DNA from: an uncultured Chthonomonadaceae bacterium
Lineage (GTDB): Bacteria > Armatimonadota > Chthonomonadetes > Chthonomonadales > Chthonomonadaceae
NCBI GenBank assembly: GCA_963817895.1
Contig: CAWFQB010000004.1
Span: forward strand, 64,001-128,000
Length of the DNA stretch: 64,000 nt
Direction: 5' to 3'
Shown one piece after another: positions 21,538-32,582 of this stretch. The position numbers were made by a program, and so were the translations under genes. The notes beneath the pieces are model-generated. The model was given only the letters and a program-made list of their open reading frames with translations. It was not told the DNA's origin and ran no database searches. The first letter of the stretch is position 1. Each line of letters starts with the position of its first letter.

Positions 21538-23502
21538 ATGGATACCAATCTTGAATTCGATCAGAACATTTTCACCTGTCACACCTTGCCGCTCGCGGGC
21601 TACCTTGAACCAGAAGGTTATGCGGAGATCGCTCCCAAAAAGAAGGTGGGGGCTGCTGACTACGAGCGTTTGGTGCCGAAGACAACCAACATCGCGCGTG
21701 CGATGTTTTCAGCGCTTCCTCAGCGTGATCGGTGGGGACGGCAGGTATATGGAAGGATAGGAGGGCAGTGGGTAACGGAGGTAAGGGGCAAGTGGTATCC
21801 GGCGCGCAATGGCGCGAAGCGTCCCGGTAAACCCCTGACGGCTCACAACCTGCTGCGCTCTCTTGCCCGGCCCGGCGTGTTTGCTTTCGGGCGCACAGAT
21901 GCCCATGTCGAGGAGGTTGAGTTTCCTCGGTACCGGACTGAGGAGTTTCACACTACTCGCGTGGATTGTCTTTGTCTTGATGTGGATATGGATTTCGCTT
22001 GGGAGCGGCAGGACGCTGGAATGATCCATCACGAGATTGCCCGTGAGCGCGAGATTGCCCGCGCGTTGGGTTTGTCCTTTCGTGTTTTTCGTACAGGTTG
22101 CAGAGGGCATCAGGCGGTAATACCGCTCCCGTGTGCTGTTGACCGAAGTGTTGCGACTTGGCTGTTGCACACGTTCATCGTGCTTCTCGAACCGTACCAC
22201 CTTCGTGATGCTGCGGAGAATGGCAATTGCCTGCTTGCCAAAGCCGATGTCTCCAATCTGGAAAAGATCGTCCGTCTCGCAGGTGGCAGGCATATCAGAA
22301 CGGGCAGGCTTGCTTTATGGATTGATCCCGACAGTGGACACCTCCACGACCTGGCACAACAAGGTGAATTGATGCGTCGAGGCTATCGGTATCCGGGAAA
22401 TGGGCAAGTCGTGCGCGAGGATTTCATTGCCGCCGCCGAGGAGATTGCGGCTTACCTTGAGTCCCAAATGGTGTTTCGCCACGAATGTCCTAAGATGCCT
22501 TTCCGCGCAAACATGTTCCATGTGGTAGTGAAAGCGTTACCGACGAATCTACTGGTGGAACGCTTCCTTTCGGCTCAAGACGAATGGGCATTGTCCGTGC
22601 CCTCTAAGCGTTTATCAAAGGTGAATACGCCTGGTGTTGGCACGATCCAAATGGCAGATCAGGCGAACGCTGGCGAGTGGCAGCAGGCACCGGAAGGCAT
22701 ACAGCAGTGGGCGGTTCGCGTTTGGGCCATGCAGTGGGGCGAGGGTACATTTTGGTCTTGGGTAAACGAGGGAGGCGAGCGGGCCATCACAGCCGCCAAA
22801 GTCCTGTTCGGCGATCAGGCACTCAGAAAACTGATCGAACGAACGTATAGCGCACCGCACCGAACATCAGGAGAACCGAATGAATGGCGCAGGGTGATCA
22901 ATGCTCTGTACCAGCGCCATGCGATGCTCGGATACAAAGTGCGGCTAAACCCTAACACCGTCTTCGGAAGCCTGTCGGATGACGAAGCCGCCTTGATTCC
23001 GACGATAATAGATGCGCTGAACGCACACAAGAAAATCCAGGCGCGCAACCGGGAGGACATCGAACACATCATCTACATCTTGCTGCTGGCGTTCAAGCAG
23101 TCTGTCGAAGGCTATATTGATCTTTCACAGGAGGCCATCCGAGACTCCATTCGTACCCGATGGCCTGATGCTAACATTGATGTCTCGACGATTTGGAGGC
23201 ATTTGCGCCGCCTGAAAGAAGGCGACCCTGCCTGCGGCTTTTCCCTATTACAATCAATCCAGGTGGATCGTTCGGGCCAAAATTACGCGGCTAGGTATCG
23301 TCCTGCCCCAGACCTGCGCAAAACACCGTTTGGCGCGACACTGCCTGTTGACGCTTGCGAGGATGCTCCAGAGCGTACGTCAGGCCGATTAGAGATGGAG
23401 ATCATATCGCGTGTCACAGGCAAGATCGAAACCATTGATCTCACTCCTAAACAACGAGGACGCAGGCGAAAACAACAAAGTCAAGAGGAACACACACAGT
23501 AA
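21538..23502 (+). CDS. AEP-superfamily primase-polymerase / Rep-like protein with C-terminal HTH
   Basis: AEP-like motifs LCLDVDMD, VFRTGCRGHQAVIPL and ADVSN..VRLAGGRH; C-terminal LSQEAI..DVSTIWRHLRRL. Confidence 0.62.
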   Translation: MDTNLEFDQNIFTCHTLPLAGYLEPEGYAEIAPKKKVGAADYERLVPKTTNIARAMFSALPQRDRWGRQVYGRIGGQWVTEVRGKWYPARNGAKRPGKPLTAHNLLRSLARPGVFAFGRTDAHVEEVEFPRYRTEEFHTTRVDCLCLDVDMDFAWERQDAGMIHHEIAREREIARALGLSFRVFRTGCRGHQAVIPLPCAVDRSVATWLLHTFIVLLEPYHLRDAAENGNCLLAKADVSNLEKIVRLAGGRHIRTGRLALWIDPDSGHLHDLAQQGELMRRGYRYPGNGQVVREDFIAAAEEIAAYLESQMVFRHECPKMPFRANMFHVVVKALPTNLLVERFLSAQDEWALSVPSKRLSKVNTPGVGTIQMADQANAGEWQQAPEGIQQWAVRVWAMQWGEGTFWSWVNEGGERAITAAKVLFGDQALRKLIERTYSAPHRTSGEPNEWRRVINALYQRHAMLGYKVRLNPNTVFGSLSDDEAALIPTIIDALNAHKKIQARNREDIEHIIYILLLAFKQSVEGYIDLSQEAIRDSIRTRWPDANIDVSTIWRHLRRLKEGDPACGFSLLQSIQVDRSGQNYAARYRPAPDLRKTPFGATLPVDACEDAPERTSGRLEMEIISRVTGKIETIDLTPKQRGRRRKQQSQEEHTQ

Positions 23503-23530
23503 TAAGGTAATTCACTTTTATGGGGAGGTG

Positions 23531-23720
23531 TCAATCTGTGATGGCCTTAATGAAACCATCCCGCACATCCACATAGTAGACGATAGTAATTCGTGCCGCC
23601 ATGTCATCGGAAAGATCGTTTAACTGACGGCGCGCGCTGACTGGAAACAGGATAGTTTGTGCGCCTTTTTCGACCGCCAGTTCCGTCACCGCTATGGCAT
23701 TGTGGATCGGCTCAAAGCAA
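23531..23720 (-). pseudogene. BrxL (Lon-like) C-terminal remnant
   Basis: EPIHNAIAVTELAVEKGAQTILFPVSARRQLNDLSDDMAARITIVYY resembles the extreme C-terminus of BREX BrxL-type proteins. Confidence 0.7.
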
Positions 23721-23825
23721 TAGCCCATACTCATGTGCTGACAACCACGAACACCAAAACTATCCTGATACCAAAACAATTCCATGTCTGACCTTGACAT
23801 TTTATCTGTAAGATCAACTCTTATC

Positions 23826-26800
23826 TTATTCACTAAACCGGAGTTTCGCAGTTGCTTTGGCAAGAATGGCATTCAGTTTCGTGGCAGATTCAGCGGCTTG
23901 ATCGCCTTCAGCACTAATGGAAACCTCAAAGGCAAATGTTAATGTGGGCGCTTCCGCGGTTAGTTCGCTAAGTATGTCGCTGATTTTGCTGAACTCCAGC
24001 GCACTGATCGTGGCTCCTGCGATGATCGTGTTGGAAGGAGTGGGTAGTGGAAGCGCCCCCCCTGTGCCTGTACCTGTACTTGCATTGGTTTTCAATTCAA
24101 GAGTTACCTGGCCCGCTTTATTGGGGGCGCAAGGCCACGAATTGGCGTCCACTACGGTAAATATTCCCCGCTGTCTGCCGGTATCCACCGCACCTCGCAA
24201 GAGAGACCAGGGAACTGCATAACCACGCTTCTGGTTGATGCCCTGCCAGATTTGTTCCAACGACGCCTGCTTGTCCTGCCAGACATATCCCAGTGCATCC
24301 GGCATAAGGTCTTCAGGTTTGAGGGCATCCGGGGGGGCGAGTAGTTCCAACTCGTCCACCAGTGCTTCAGCAAGCATGAGTTCCCTGTAATAGGAGCGTG
24401 ATGGAGTGCGCGCCCAAAGAATGCCCAGTTGAACGGCATTGGCAACGGCGGTCGTGAGTACATTCGGCAGTAGTTTGGGCGCACGCTTGCCATCGAAATA
24501 GGCTGCCAATTCGCCCATCAAAAGGGGTTCCGATGCAGATTTCCAGAGATTGGGCAGCCCTTCCGGTGCCAAGAGAACAGCATCCAATTCTGTCAATTCA
24601 ACATCGGCAAGTGGTAAAACTTCCAGTTCCGGGCGGGCCAGTTCCTCATTGTTGGGACGCACGCGCCAGAGGGTGCGAAATGTTTTGTCAGGGCGCAGCA
24701 GTCGCAGTACGAGCGCGCCCTCTTTGCAACCAACGGCAAGCGTGTTGCGAAATATCTGCGCGGAGAGAAATCGAGGCAGGCGTGGGAACTGTGCAAAGGC
24801 TTTAACCATGTCTTGCGCCTTTTTTGCAGTTTCTCCCGGTGCCCACAATTCGTAGTAACTGTCGGGCAGTAGCAATTCGGCGGCAAGTTCGCCTGTGATC
24901 AGACGATCCTCTCCATTCAGCATGGCTTTGATGCGCGCGAAGGGGCGCGTGTCCTCAATGCCGAGTGTATCTGCGCTTTTGAGAGATTGCGCACGTACGT
25001 TCCCGTCCTCGTCCATATCTAAGACGACGCCATACGTGGCGCGCACATAACTCGGCATATTGTCTTCCGCCGCCTTTTTGCGCTCCGCAAGCGTTTTCTT
25101 CTGCGCAGGCGTCAGGCTTTTTCCAGTCTCGCTGCTTTCCACGCGCTGCCACGCCAGATACTCCACGACACTACGGCGCAATGGGATCAGGCGCGTGGCA
25201 TCCGGGGCCAGGGCAACAAGCGCGTTTTTATAGGTACGCGGGGTTTGCGCCGCGCCGCGCGTGTCGAAAATGGCAGCAACGGCAGACGGAATGAAGGGCG
25301 GCGAGGTATCGAGGCGTACGGCGCAATCAGTGTTCAAGACAAGATAGCGCAATTCGGGCGTGTCCCCATCTACATCTTTGGGGCCTTGCGGTAATCGGTG
25401 TACTATCACGCCTACGTCTGCGCCGCCCTGTCCGCCGTCCACAGCAGACAAATCCTTAACCTTGTTAATCTGTGCGAACAGTTCGTCGTTAATGGTGTTC
25501 TGGTTCTTCTCGACCTCCTGCATCTGGTTGACGTGGATGTGGGTCAGGTTGGGCTGCGTGGTGATACGCCAGATGTTTGGCTCCTCAGTCAAAAACCAGG
25601 ATAGATTACGCCAGTCTTCAAGTCCCGTTTCCAATGCCGCCATGTCCACGCCCGGATGCACGAGCAGGGCATATAGATCGGAGTTTTCGGCTTTGTAGGT
25701 TTGGGGCTGGCAGTGCAGAAAGGTTGCTAGAACGGCCTGTTCAATCTCACGCTGCGTCAGGGCTTTGGCTTTATCCTGCGCCTCGCGTGCCCGATCCATC
25801 TCCTCATTCAGTTTCGTTGTCCACACATCCTGACCATCAGAACAGATGCGCGCCATTTCCGATATAATGGACGGCAGGAGTTTATCCGGGCCGAGGAACG
25901 CATGAATGCCTGCAACTGGCGAAGGATCGTTTCCATTGCTTTGCTGTAAGGCTTGGGCCAGCAGACGCAGCGCACCGCGCGTACGCTGAAAGCGCGGCAG
26001 TTCCGTCCATTTCGCATAAAACACTTCCAGCACATCGGGATGAAATGGATAGGATTTCAGATGGCGCTGATAGGCGGCATTGTCGGTTTGCCCTTGTCTC
26101 AACTGTTTGCAATTATTATAAGCGGCGAAAACGGCGTCAATGATCGGGCGGCGCTCGTTTTCATTCGGAACATATTCAAACAGACGACGGCGCAGCACTT
26201 CCGCCAGGTCATCACGGCCCACAGGATCGTTGGTGGTGGCGAGGCGTCCGAAGACATCTTCCAGCGCGCGCAGCACACGCGCTCCCGTTACGTCATCGGC
26301 CTCGTTTTCGGAGGCAAGCAGGGTGGCAACGATGCACGCGCGCGGCGTGGCGGCGACCGCCTGCGTTAAAACCTGAAAAAAATCTTTGAGCGTTCCCAAG
26401 TTCTTGTCGTTGGCATTGACCGCTTTGCGGCAATAGATCACGGCCTCATCCACGAGGATCAGGGTGGCTTTGCCTTCGGCTTGCGGGGCTCCCAACAGTT
26501 CTTTCAACAGCGGCTCCGCAGGCGGCTCATAGTTTTCCTCGTGCTGCTGCACTTTCGCGTAGCCTGCATCGCCTGCCAGTTGGTAGGCCAACGCGCCCCA
26601 CGGCGTTTTTACACGGCGGGGCGTTCCATCCGGGCCGATAACCTCGAAGCCTTCCAGATACCCAAAATCGTCCAGGGGGAGCAAGGCTACGCGGGCCGAG
26701 GGCATCGTGGGCAATCCGGTGCTCGCGACAAACTCCTTCACAGTCGGGTTTGCGGCTACTTCCTCGGCGCGCTCGGCAAGGTGCAATAGCGTGATCAAGG

Positions 26801-27077
26801 CATGGGTTTTGCCTCCGCCATAGGATACTTGTAAGCGCACGACCGGCTTTCCACCTTTATCCGCAAGTCTCTGAAAGACATCGCGGACGAGTTCCTTCAT
26901 CCGAAGCGTGGGGAATGTACGGGAGAAGAATTTCTCTGGGGCACGGTATACCTCTGGCGTATTGCCGCCGATGCGTACGCCGTTGAGTTTGGCGGCGAAA
27001 TCGGCCTCTTGGAGTGTGCCGGTTTTTACGTCTTCGCGGAGTTTACAAAGGGAGTGCCAGGTGGGTGCAATGGGCAT
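23826..27077 (-). CDS. DUF499 family AAA+ ATPase
   Basis: W..LREDV..ADFAA, Walker A YGGGKTH, Walker B LILVDE, SYPFHP and FQRTRGALRLLA. Confidence 0.9.
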   Translation of the reverse strand: MPIAPTWHSLCKLREDVKTGTLQEADFAAKLNGVRIGGNTPEVYRAPEKFFSRTFPTLRMKELVRDVFQRLADKGGKPVVRLQVSYGGGKTHALITLLHLAERAEEVAANPTVKEFVASTGLPTMPSARVALLPLDDFGYLEGFEVIGPDGTPRRVKTPWGALAYQLAGDAGYAKVQQHEENYEPPAEPLLKELLGAPQAEGKATLILVDEAVIYCRKAVNANDKNLGTLKDFFQVLTQAVAATPRACIVATLLASENEADDVTGARVLRALEDVFGRLATTNDPVGRDDLAEVLRRRLFEYVPNENERRPIIDAVFAAYNNCKQLRQGQTDNAAYQRHLKSYPFHPDVLEVFYAKWTELPRFQRTRGALRLLAQALQQSNGNDPSPVAGIHAFLGPDKLLPSIISEMARICSDGQDVWTTKLNEEMDRAREAQDKAKALTQREIEQAVLATFLHCQPQTYKAENSDLYALLVHPGVDMAALETGLEDWRNLSWFLTEEPNIWRITTQPNLTHIHVNQMQEVEKNQNTINDELFAQINKVKDLSAVDGGQGGADVGVIVHRLPQGPKDVDGDTPELRYLVLNTDCAVRLDTSPPFIPSAVAAIFDTRGAAQTPRTYKNALVALAPDATRLIPLRRSVVEYLAWQRVESSETGKSLTPAQKKTLAERKKAAEDNMPSYVRATYGVVLDMDEDGNVRAQSLKSADTLGIEDTRPFARIKAMLNGEDRLITGELAAELLLPDSYYELWAPGETAKKAQDMVKAFAQFPRLPRFLSAQIFRNTLAVGCKEGALVLRLLRPDKTFRTLWRVRPNNEELARPELEVLPLADVELTELDAVLLAPEGLPNLWKSASEPLLMGELAAYFDGKRAPKLLPNVLTTAVANAVQLGILWARTPSRSYYRELMLAEALVDELELLAPPDALKPEDLMPDALGYVWQDKQASLEQIWQGINQKRGYAVPWSLLRGAVDTGRQRGIFTVVDANSWPCAPNKAGQVTLELKTNASTGTGTGGALPLPTPSNTIIAGATISALEFSKISDILSELTAEAPTLTFAFEVSISAEGDQAAESATKLNAILAKATAKLRFSE

Positions 27078-27123
27078 TATTTTTCTCGATAGACTTGATT
27101 TACCGGCATAACCCGGCAGGGAG

Positions 27124-28072
27124 TTATTCTGGTGTCTGATGTCGTTCAAAGAATGGCTGCCACTCTGCCAAGTCGAAATGACCAGGCGGTGGCAATGGGG
27201 CATGACGAACGGGCGTCATCTCGGTATAGAGTTCATCGGTAGCGTACTTATATTCCGCAAACGCATAGAAAACGCCGTTTGGAGCCAACAGATCAAGCGT
27301 TCGTTCGTACCAGGCTACATAGGCCGGATCAGGGCCGTATCCAACAGCGGCAATCACAGGATAATGCCGAATGTACTGTTTTGCGAGTGCGTACGGGGAC
27401 ATGAACCATGTTTCCGGGTTCTCAAAAGCGCGTTGTTCCTTGCCACTTGTATAGAAATGCACCGAACTATCCTGTCCAAGCAGTTGTACGATACCATCGG
27501 GCAACTCAAACGCTAGTGCGTCAGATGTCTGCTCACGGCTCGCGTGTATCCATGCCGCGGGCGCAATCATACATCGCCATGTTCCCAAACCGGAAACGTA
27601 GGCACAGGCGCGCAGGCGCTCGAACCCCATACGGTGCAACTCGCGCACCATCAACAACACGTTCCTATATGGGGAAACGCACAGCGTTTCCGCTGTCGCA
27701 AGCATCGCCAGATCGCGCTGGCGTGTTGTCACGCTTGCGGAGTTCTGAATACGCGCGCGGGCCTCATTAGAAGTCATACCACCGCAGTGCTGCCGTATCG
27801 GAATGCACATCGCACGCGCAATCGCGGATCAGACCAGCAAAATACCAACTGACGCTATTCGGCGTAATCCAGACATTGCCAACAGGATAGGCGCTGACGC
27901 TTGCCTGTCCAACCTGCTCTTGCAGGCACCGAATAAGCGCGGCGGATGGCCTTTCGCCTGGTATCCTCTTGACCTTGCTGAATGTAGCGCTAACACTATA
28001 GGGATGGCCCCGTGGTTCAGCGACAAGGAATTGTCCTGCCTGGTTGACGGGAACAAAACCAATGTGTGTCAC
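27124..28072 (-). CDS. Nudix-like domain fused to an uncharacterised domain (probable frameshift near 27770)
   Basis: Degenerate Nudix box PGERPSAALIRCLQEQVG. LRWYDF/NEARARI joins after removing one base. Alternatively two overlapping genes. Confidence 0.55.
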
Positions 28073-28120
28073 GCCCGCAGGTACAATCGTATCTATGGGT
28101 TCCTGTCAGTCCCTCTGGGA

Positions 28121-29473
28121 TCATCTGTCCTCCAATGGAGGCTTCGCCGTCAGATCACAGTCGCCTTCCACGGTGATGATGGGCGGATCAACATTCTGGT
28201 ATTGCCTGTGGCGTCGCCCGCGGAACTTTACATGAAGCATATTACCATCGCGCGGCCCCAATGTGAGTTCAAGAACATGCTCAACCGTTCCGCTGGTTTT
28301 CAGATTAAATATCGCCCACAGACGCGCCAATGGTAAGAAAATTTCCTCTTGATCGCGCATTCGCTCCCATATCTCCGGGAAGATGCTGCCCACCACCTTG
28401 AGACGCCCGCTAAGTCCTCGCACTGTAGTCAGCAGCAGCAGATCATTCGGATCAGTACGGTTTTGCGTACTCTTAGAGGGTAACTCGTTTAGCAACAACA
28501 GCCGCGCGCGCAGGGTGGCTATATCGTCCGCAGAGTAACCATTGATGCCGATTTCGTTAAACATGCCGGATGACACATCTTGCGGTTTCAAGACAATAGA
28601 CCACACCTTGCCGGAGGCATTGGCTATTGAGGTTGGGGGTTGTACCGTTGCGAAACCACCATCATTTTGAATGGCAAAAAGAAGCGGTTCGCTACGCTGG
28701 TATGGCTGCGCGCGCAACGATTTGACAAACGCATCATCTTCTGCACCATTAGAGGTTGTCTCGATTACAATGCTGCCGTCATCAGCATCTTTGATGCTTT
28801 CAGCAAGAAAAACTTTTTCATTCAGCAGAACCCACATGCCGGAACTGTTGACCTGTGCAGGAGAGGAGGGCCGGCAAACCATCTTGTCTTGTTGCGACGG
28901 ATCATGGGGCGGCTGCACCGGCGCAGGCGGGCTGGGTGGCTGAACGTTACGAGATGCGAGCCATTGCTGCACCTGTCGGTTAAACTTAGCACGAAAATCG
29001 GCAGTGTCGGTAAAGTCACCAATTAAGCCACGAGAAAAGAGTTCTTCACGGAACTGCATGACCTTAAACTTTTGCTCGGCTTCCTTCGCATTGGCGGGGT
29101 TGTAAGCCTCCTGCTTGAAATAAAACATAATGTCCGGCTTTCCGTGCTGCTCAAATGCTTTCACAGCCCGCTCGAACTCCTCCACAGTGCCAGACGCAGC
29201 ACGCGGCGTCTCGTAGCCAAATCGATTCCACATGATCGCCACAAAGAGATCATACTTAGTCATGTCACCAATTTCATCGTTAAGTTTCTCTTGTCCATCG
29301 CCCCCAAATGATGGGAATGAGTCAGTGTCCCAGCCAACGACATCGAAAATGATGTTTTTATCTCGTCCAACTGTGCGGTTGAGGTCTTCAATGACGGCGC
29401 GCATCGCTTCACGCTCGGCTTGCACGTCTCCAGGAGAGGCCAGAAATACGGTCAGTTTCTCAACGCTTGCCAT
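28121..29473 (-). CDS. DUF4062 (TIR/NDT-like) domain protein
   Basis: VFLASPGDVQAER, DLFVAIMWNRFG, SGTVEEF and IMFYF; C-terminal domain unknown. Confidence 0.85.
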   Translation of the reverse strand: MASVEKLTVFLASPGDVQAEREAMRAVIEDLNRTVGRDKNIIFDVVGWDTDSFPSFGGDGQEKLNDEIGDMTKYDLFVAIMWNRFGYETPRAASGTVEEFERAVKAFEQHGKPDIMFYFKQEAYNPANAKEAEQKFKVMQFREELFSRGLIGDFTDTADFRAKFNRQVQQWLASRNVQPPSPPAPVQPPHDPSQQDKMVCRPSSPAQVNSSGMWVLLNEKVFLAESIKDADDGSIVIETTSNGAEDDAFVKSLRAQPYQRSEPLLFAIQNDGGFATVQPPTSIANASGKVWSIVLKPQDVSSGMFNEIGINGYSADDIATLRARLLLLNELPSKSTQNRTDPNDLLLLTTVRGLSGRLKVVGSIFPEIWERMRDQEEIFLPLARLWAIFNLKTSGTVEHVLELTLGPRDGNMLHVKFRGRRHRQYQNVDPPIITVEGDCDLTAKPPLEDR

Positions 29474-29479
29474 TGTTTG

Positions 29480-32400
29480 TTACTTCCCCTCATAGTCCAT
29501 CGTCATTGTTTCCGGTTTGACAGCAGGCGCGGTTACAGAGATACTACGCCCTCGGCCCCAGGCTATTACGGCTTCGAGCAGGGTGCGCTCACGGGACTGT
29601 GGTGCGTGCATTTCGGCAAACGCCTGTGCCACGCGCCAGAACAGATCGTTGTCGCCCAAGCCGTGCCGAGAGGCATATTCGGCAACGCGCGTGACATCAC
29701 CGCCAGCCCACTCGCGTACAAGTCGGTGCAGCATATCAATATAGAGCACACCATCCGTAGGATGCGGTTCTCCCAGGTCGTCACGCTTGCGCTCATCCCA
29801 ACGCAGCAGGCGCAGTTCTGATCCGCTGCCGCCACCAGTTTCATCGGCATCGGCGGGCGCGTCTGGAGCATCTTCATCTACTGCGGGTGCAGGTTTGCTT
29901 TTCGCTTTGCCCAAGATACCGCGCGGCCCGGACAACGCTCCCAAAGCGAGATTATACGCACTCGACAGCAAAATACATTCTCCAACCGGCGCACCCTCAA
30001 TACCGAAGTTGCTTTGGTGCATTAAGGCGTAGCGCGTCCACTCATCCAGACCTTCCGTGCCTCCCTCTACAATTTGCCCCAGCGCAAAATCAGTGGTGAT
30101 GCGGCGCACTTCCTTCAAAAACTCACTGACAGAAAATGGCTTGGCATCGTTGCGACGCACTTCATCATACGCGGAAAATGCTTCAAGGCCGGGGCCGACG
30201 GCGGCCCATAAGAAGTCAGGCCCGCGTACACCGATGTCCCAAAAATAGCGCAGGCGTTCTGTGATGCGCTCCTTCATGCGCGGCTGGACTTGTTTGTACC
30301 AGCCTTTGCCTGCATCAGCAGGACGCTTGCGGCAGACCAGCCACACGGAGGAGGACAATGCGGCAGAATTCTGTGCGCGCGTCCGGTTGCCCATTTCGGT
30401 ATCGATGGGCCATGACGCCGTAACAACAAACCCTGCGCGTATCATGGCAGCCGTAAGTGTTTCCCAGGCATCCGGCTGTTTATGCGCGAATACAACCACC
30501 ATGCGTCCATCTGTTTTCAGGGCGCGACAAGCAGCGCAAAATGCCTCCGCCATGCCGTCCTCATAAAACTGCTTCGCAGCCTCCTTATTCGCATGTCGGT
30601 CTGCGTGCTGCACCAATTCGCCGCGTTTGGGTGTGAGTGGTTCCGCAAAGGTCGCTCCGTAAGCATCCCCAACCGTGCGCCGCAACCATACATAGAAGAA
30701 GTCCGACAAGTCAGCATACGGAATGGCATCATAATACGGTGGGTCTGTCACAACAGCGTCGAAAATGTTACTGCCAGCCACTTCGGTTGCAGACCCATTT
30801 ATCATGTCAACTGCATTGCCGGACACTGCTTCGCACGCATGTTTCACGACAAGTTCAATCCACTCGATGCCACCCCAATAACCTCCTGTTGTATCACTTG
30901 TTGTCTTGACTTCTGTGAAATCCCAGTTCATCGAGAAGCGCAAAACGCGAGAAGGTGTTGGACATTTTTTCGCCGCTGACATGCCAATGTGTGAATACTG
31001 CTGCCATAATCTGCAAGACGGTCAATGGCAATGGCAAGATAAGCCGTCACTCCTTCAGGCAGGATAGTGCGATCCGCAGTGGTAATGAAAGCATACGCAA
31101 TTTGCATTGCGGCACGGGCAACCCGCGTGTGCTTGACGAATGTTCCTAGCGCGAACAATTGACGTGGTGTGAACAGTTTGCCCCATTGGTCTAATCCATA
31201 CTGCGCCACGTTAAAGGCTGAACCGCCGCCTGTTCGACTGGCACCAACAGGAGTTGGCTCGCATGGCAACCCATACGGCAGTTGAGCGGCAAGAGTGTCC
31301 ACCGCATCCAGCGCACTTTCTGCGGCCTCATCCTCATACGGTGTTGGCGGGCGATACTCCTTGCCAGGCTTGATGCCCGCCTGCAAACGAGCCGTGCGCA
31401 CTTGGGGCAAATTTTTGGGAGCCTGTGGCACGTCCACGACAACGGCTGTGCAAATTGCCCCCATCTGCCCATTTTTGCCGCACGATTGCAGATAATCGCT
31501 TCGCAGGAAAACGCCCGTTTTGCCATCGCCAGTAGGTGGGACACTGCACGCCCGTTCGTAGACATTGTGCCTGATACCTACCTCGCTGTCATGCGCAGGC
31601 GTGAACACCTCGAAATCGAAGCGGTTGTGGCGCGCATTGTACTCCATGCGGAGGGCGCGTTTTTTGCCCGCCTTTTTGCACAGCCACATGGTTTTCAACA
31701 GCGGCACACGCAGGCCATTCAATCGTGGATCGGGGTGCGGCACGGTGCGTGCCCATAGATAGGCCACGGTCGGGCAAAGAGGATTTATGTCGCTTTCCGG
31801 CGCGTCAGGGTTGAGCGGCAGCGTAGGATAATACGCGGCTAGATCGCGGCGGGCGCGTTCCAGCACCCAGTTGCCCCACCAGCGCACATGCGCGGCAAGA
31901 TCGCCGGTCTGCACGGGAACATCCTCGCCCAGGGCGCGCTGTGTACCGTCGAGAGCCAGTGCGCCCTGCTTGGGCATCAGGCCCGGCTCCGATTCTGCCG
32001 ATTGTGCGGGCAGAGGCCAGGTCTTGCCAGCGAGTTTTTGGGGGTATTCCAGCGTACATTTCAGTAAAAACCAAGCGACCGGGTTGTAATCTATCGCCGT
32101 CACATCGCAGCCCAGGCGCATGGCTTCCAGTGGGATCGCGCCGCCCCCGCGAACATGTCCAGAACGCGGGGCGCGCGTCCGCCATACGCCGCGCGGATTT
32201 CCTCGCGGAATCGGGCCATTTCTGCGTCCGTGCGCGCTTTCTCCTGCTGCCGTTTCTTGTCGGCCTTCGGATCGCCTTCCCAATGCAGGATGCCGCCCAC
32301 CGTCTCCTCAACCGTTTTTGCTTCCGACTGACTGGTGGCCTCCTTGTGAACGGTGACGACCTCGCCCCCGATACGGCTGACCAGTTCAGCGCGCGCCTGT

Positions 32401-32582
32401 GCGGTGCCGGGGTCGGGCAGCAGCGCGGCAATCAAGGCGGCGCGGCAGGCAGCAAGCGGACGGCGGGCAGGCCAGATGTGCAGGGTGCTGATGTGCCCGT
32501 GCCGGACGTTTTTCTCATGCACACAGTTCAGACTGGCTTGCTTTAGGGGAAAGGCTTCTTCAATGAGGCGTTTATCGGTCAT
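29480..32582 (-). CDS. DUF1156 adenine DNA methyltransferase (frameshifted in this sequence)
   Basis: RLIEEAFP..STLHIWPARRPLAACRA, motif I DMFAG/GGAIPLEA, motif IV TDPPYYD; frame changes near 32145 and 30950-30990. Confidence 0.9.

Noticed and set aside
32140..32150. Phase-variable poly-G tract in the methylase
   Set aside because: The run is only 5-6 bases and the gene has further unrelated indels; sequencing error is simpler.
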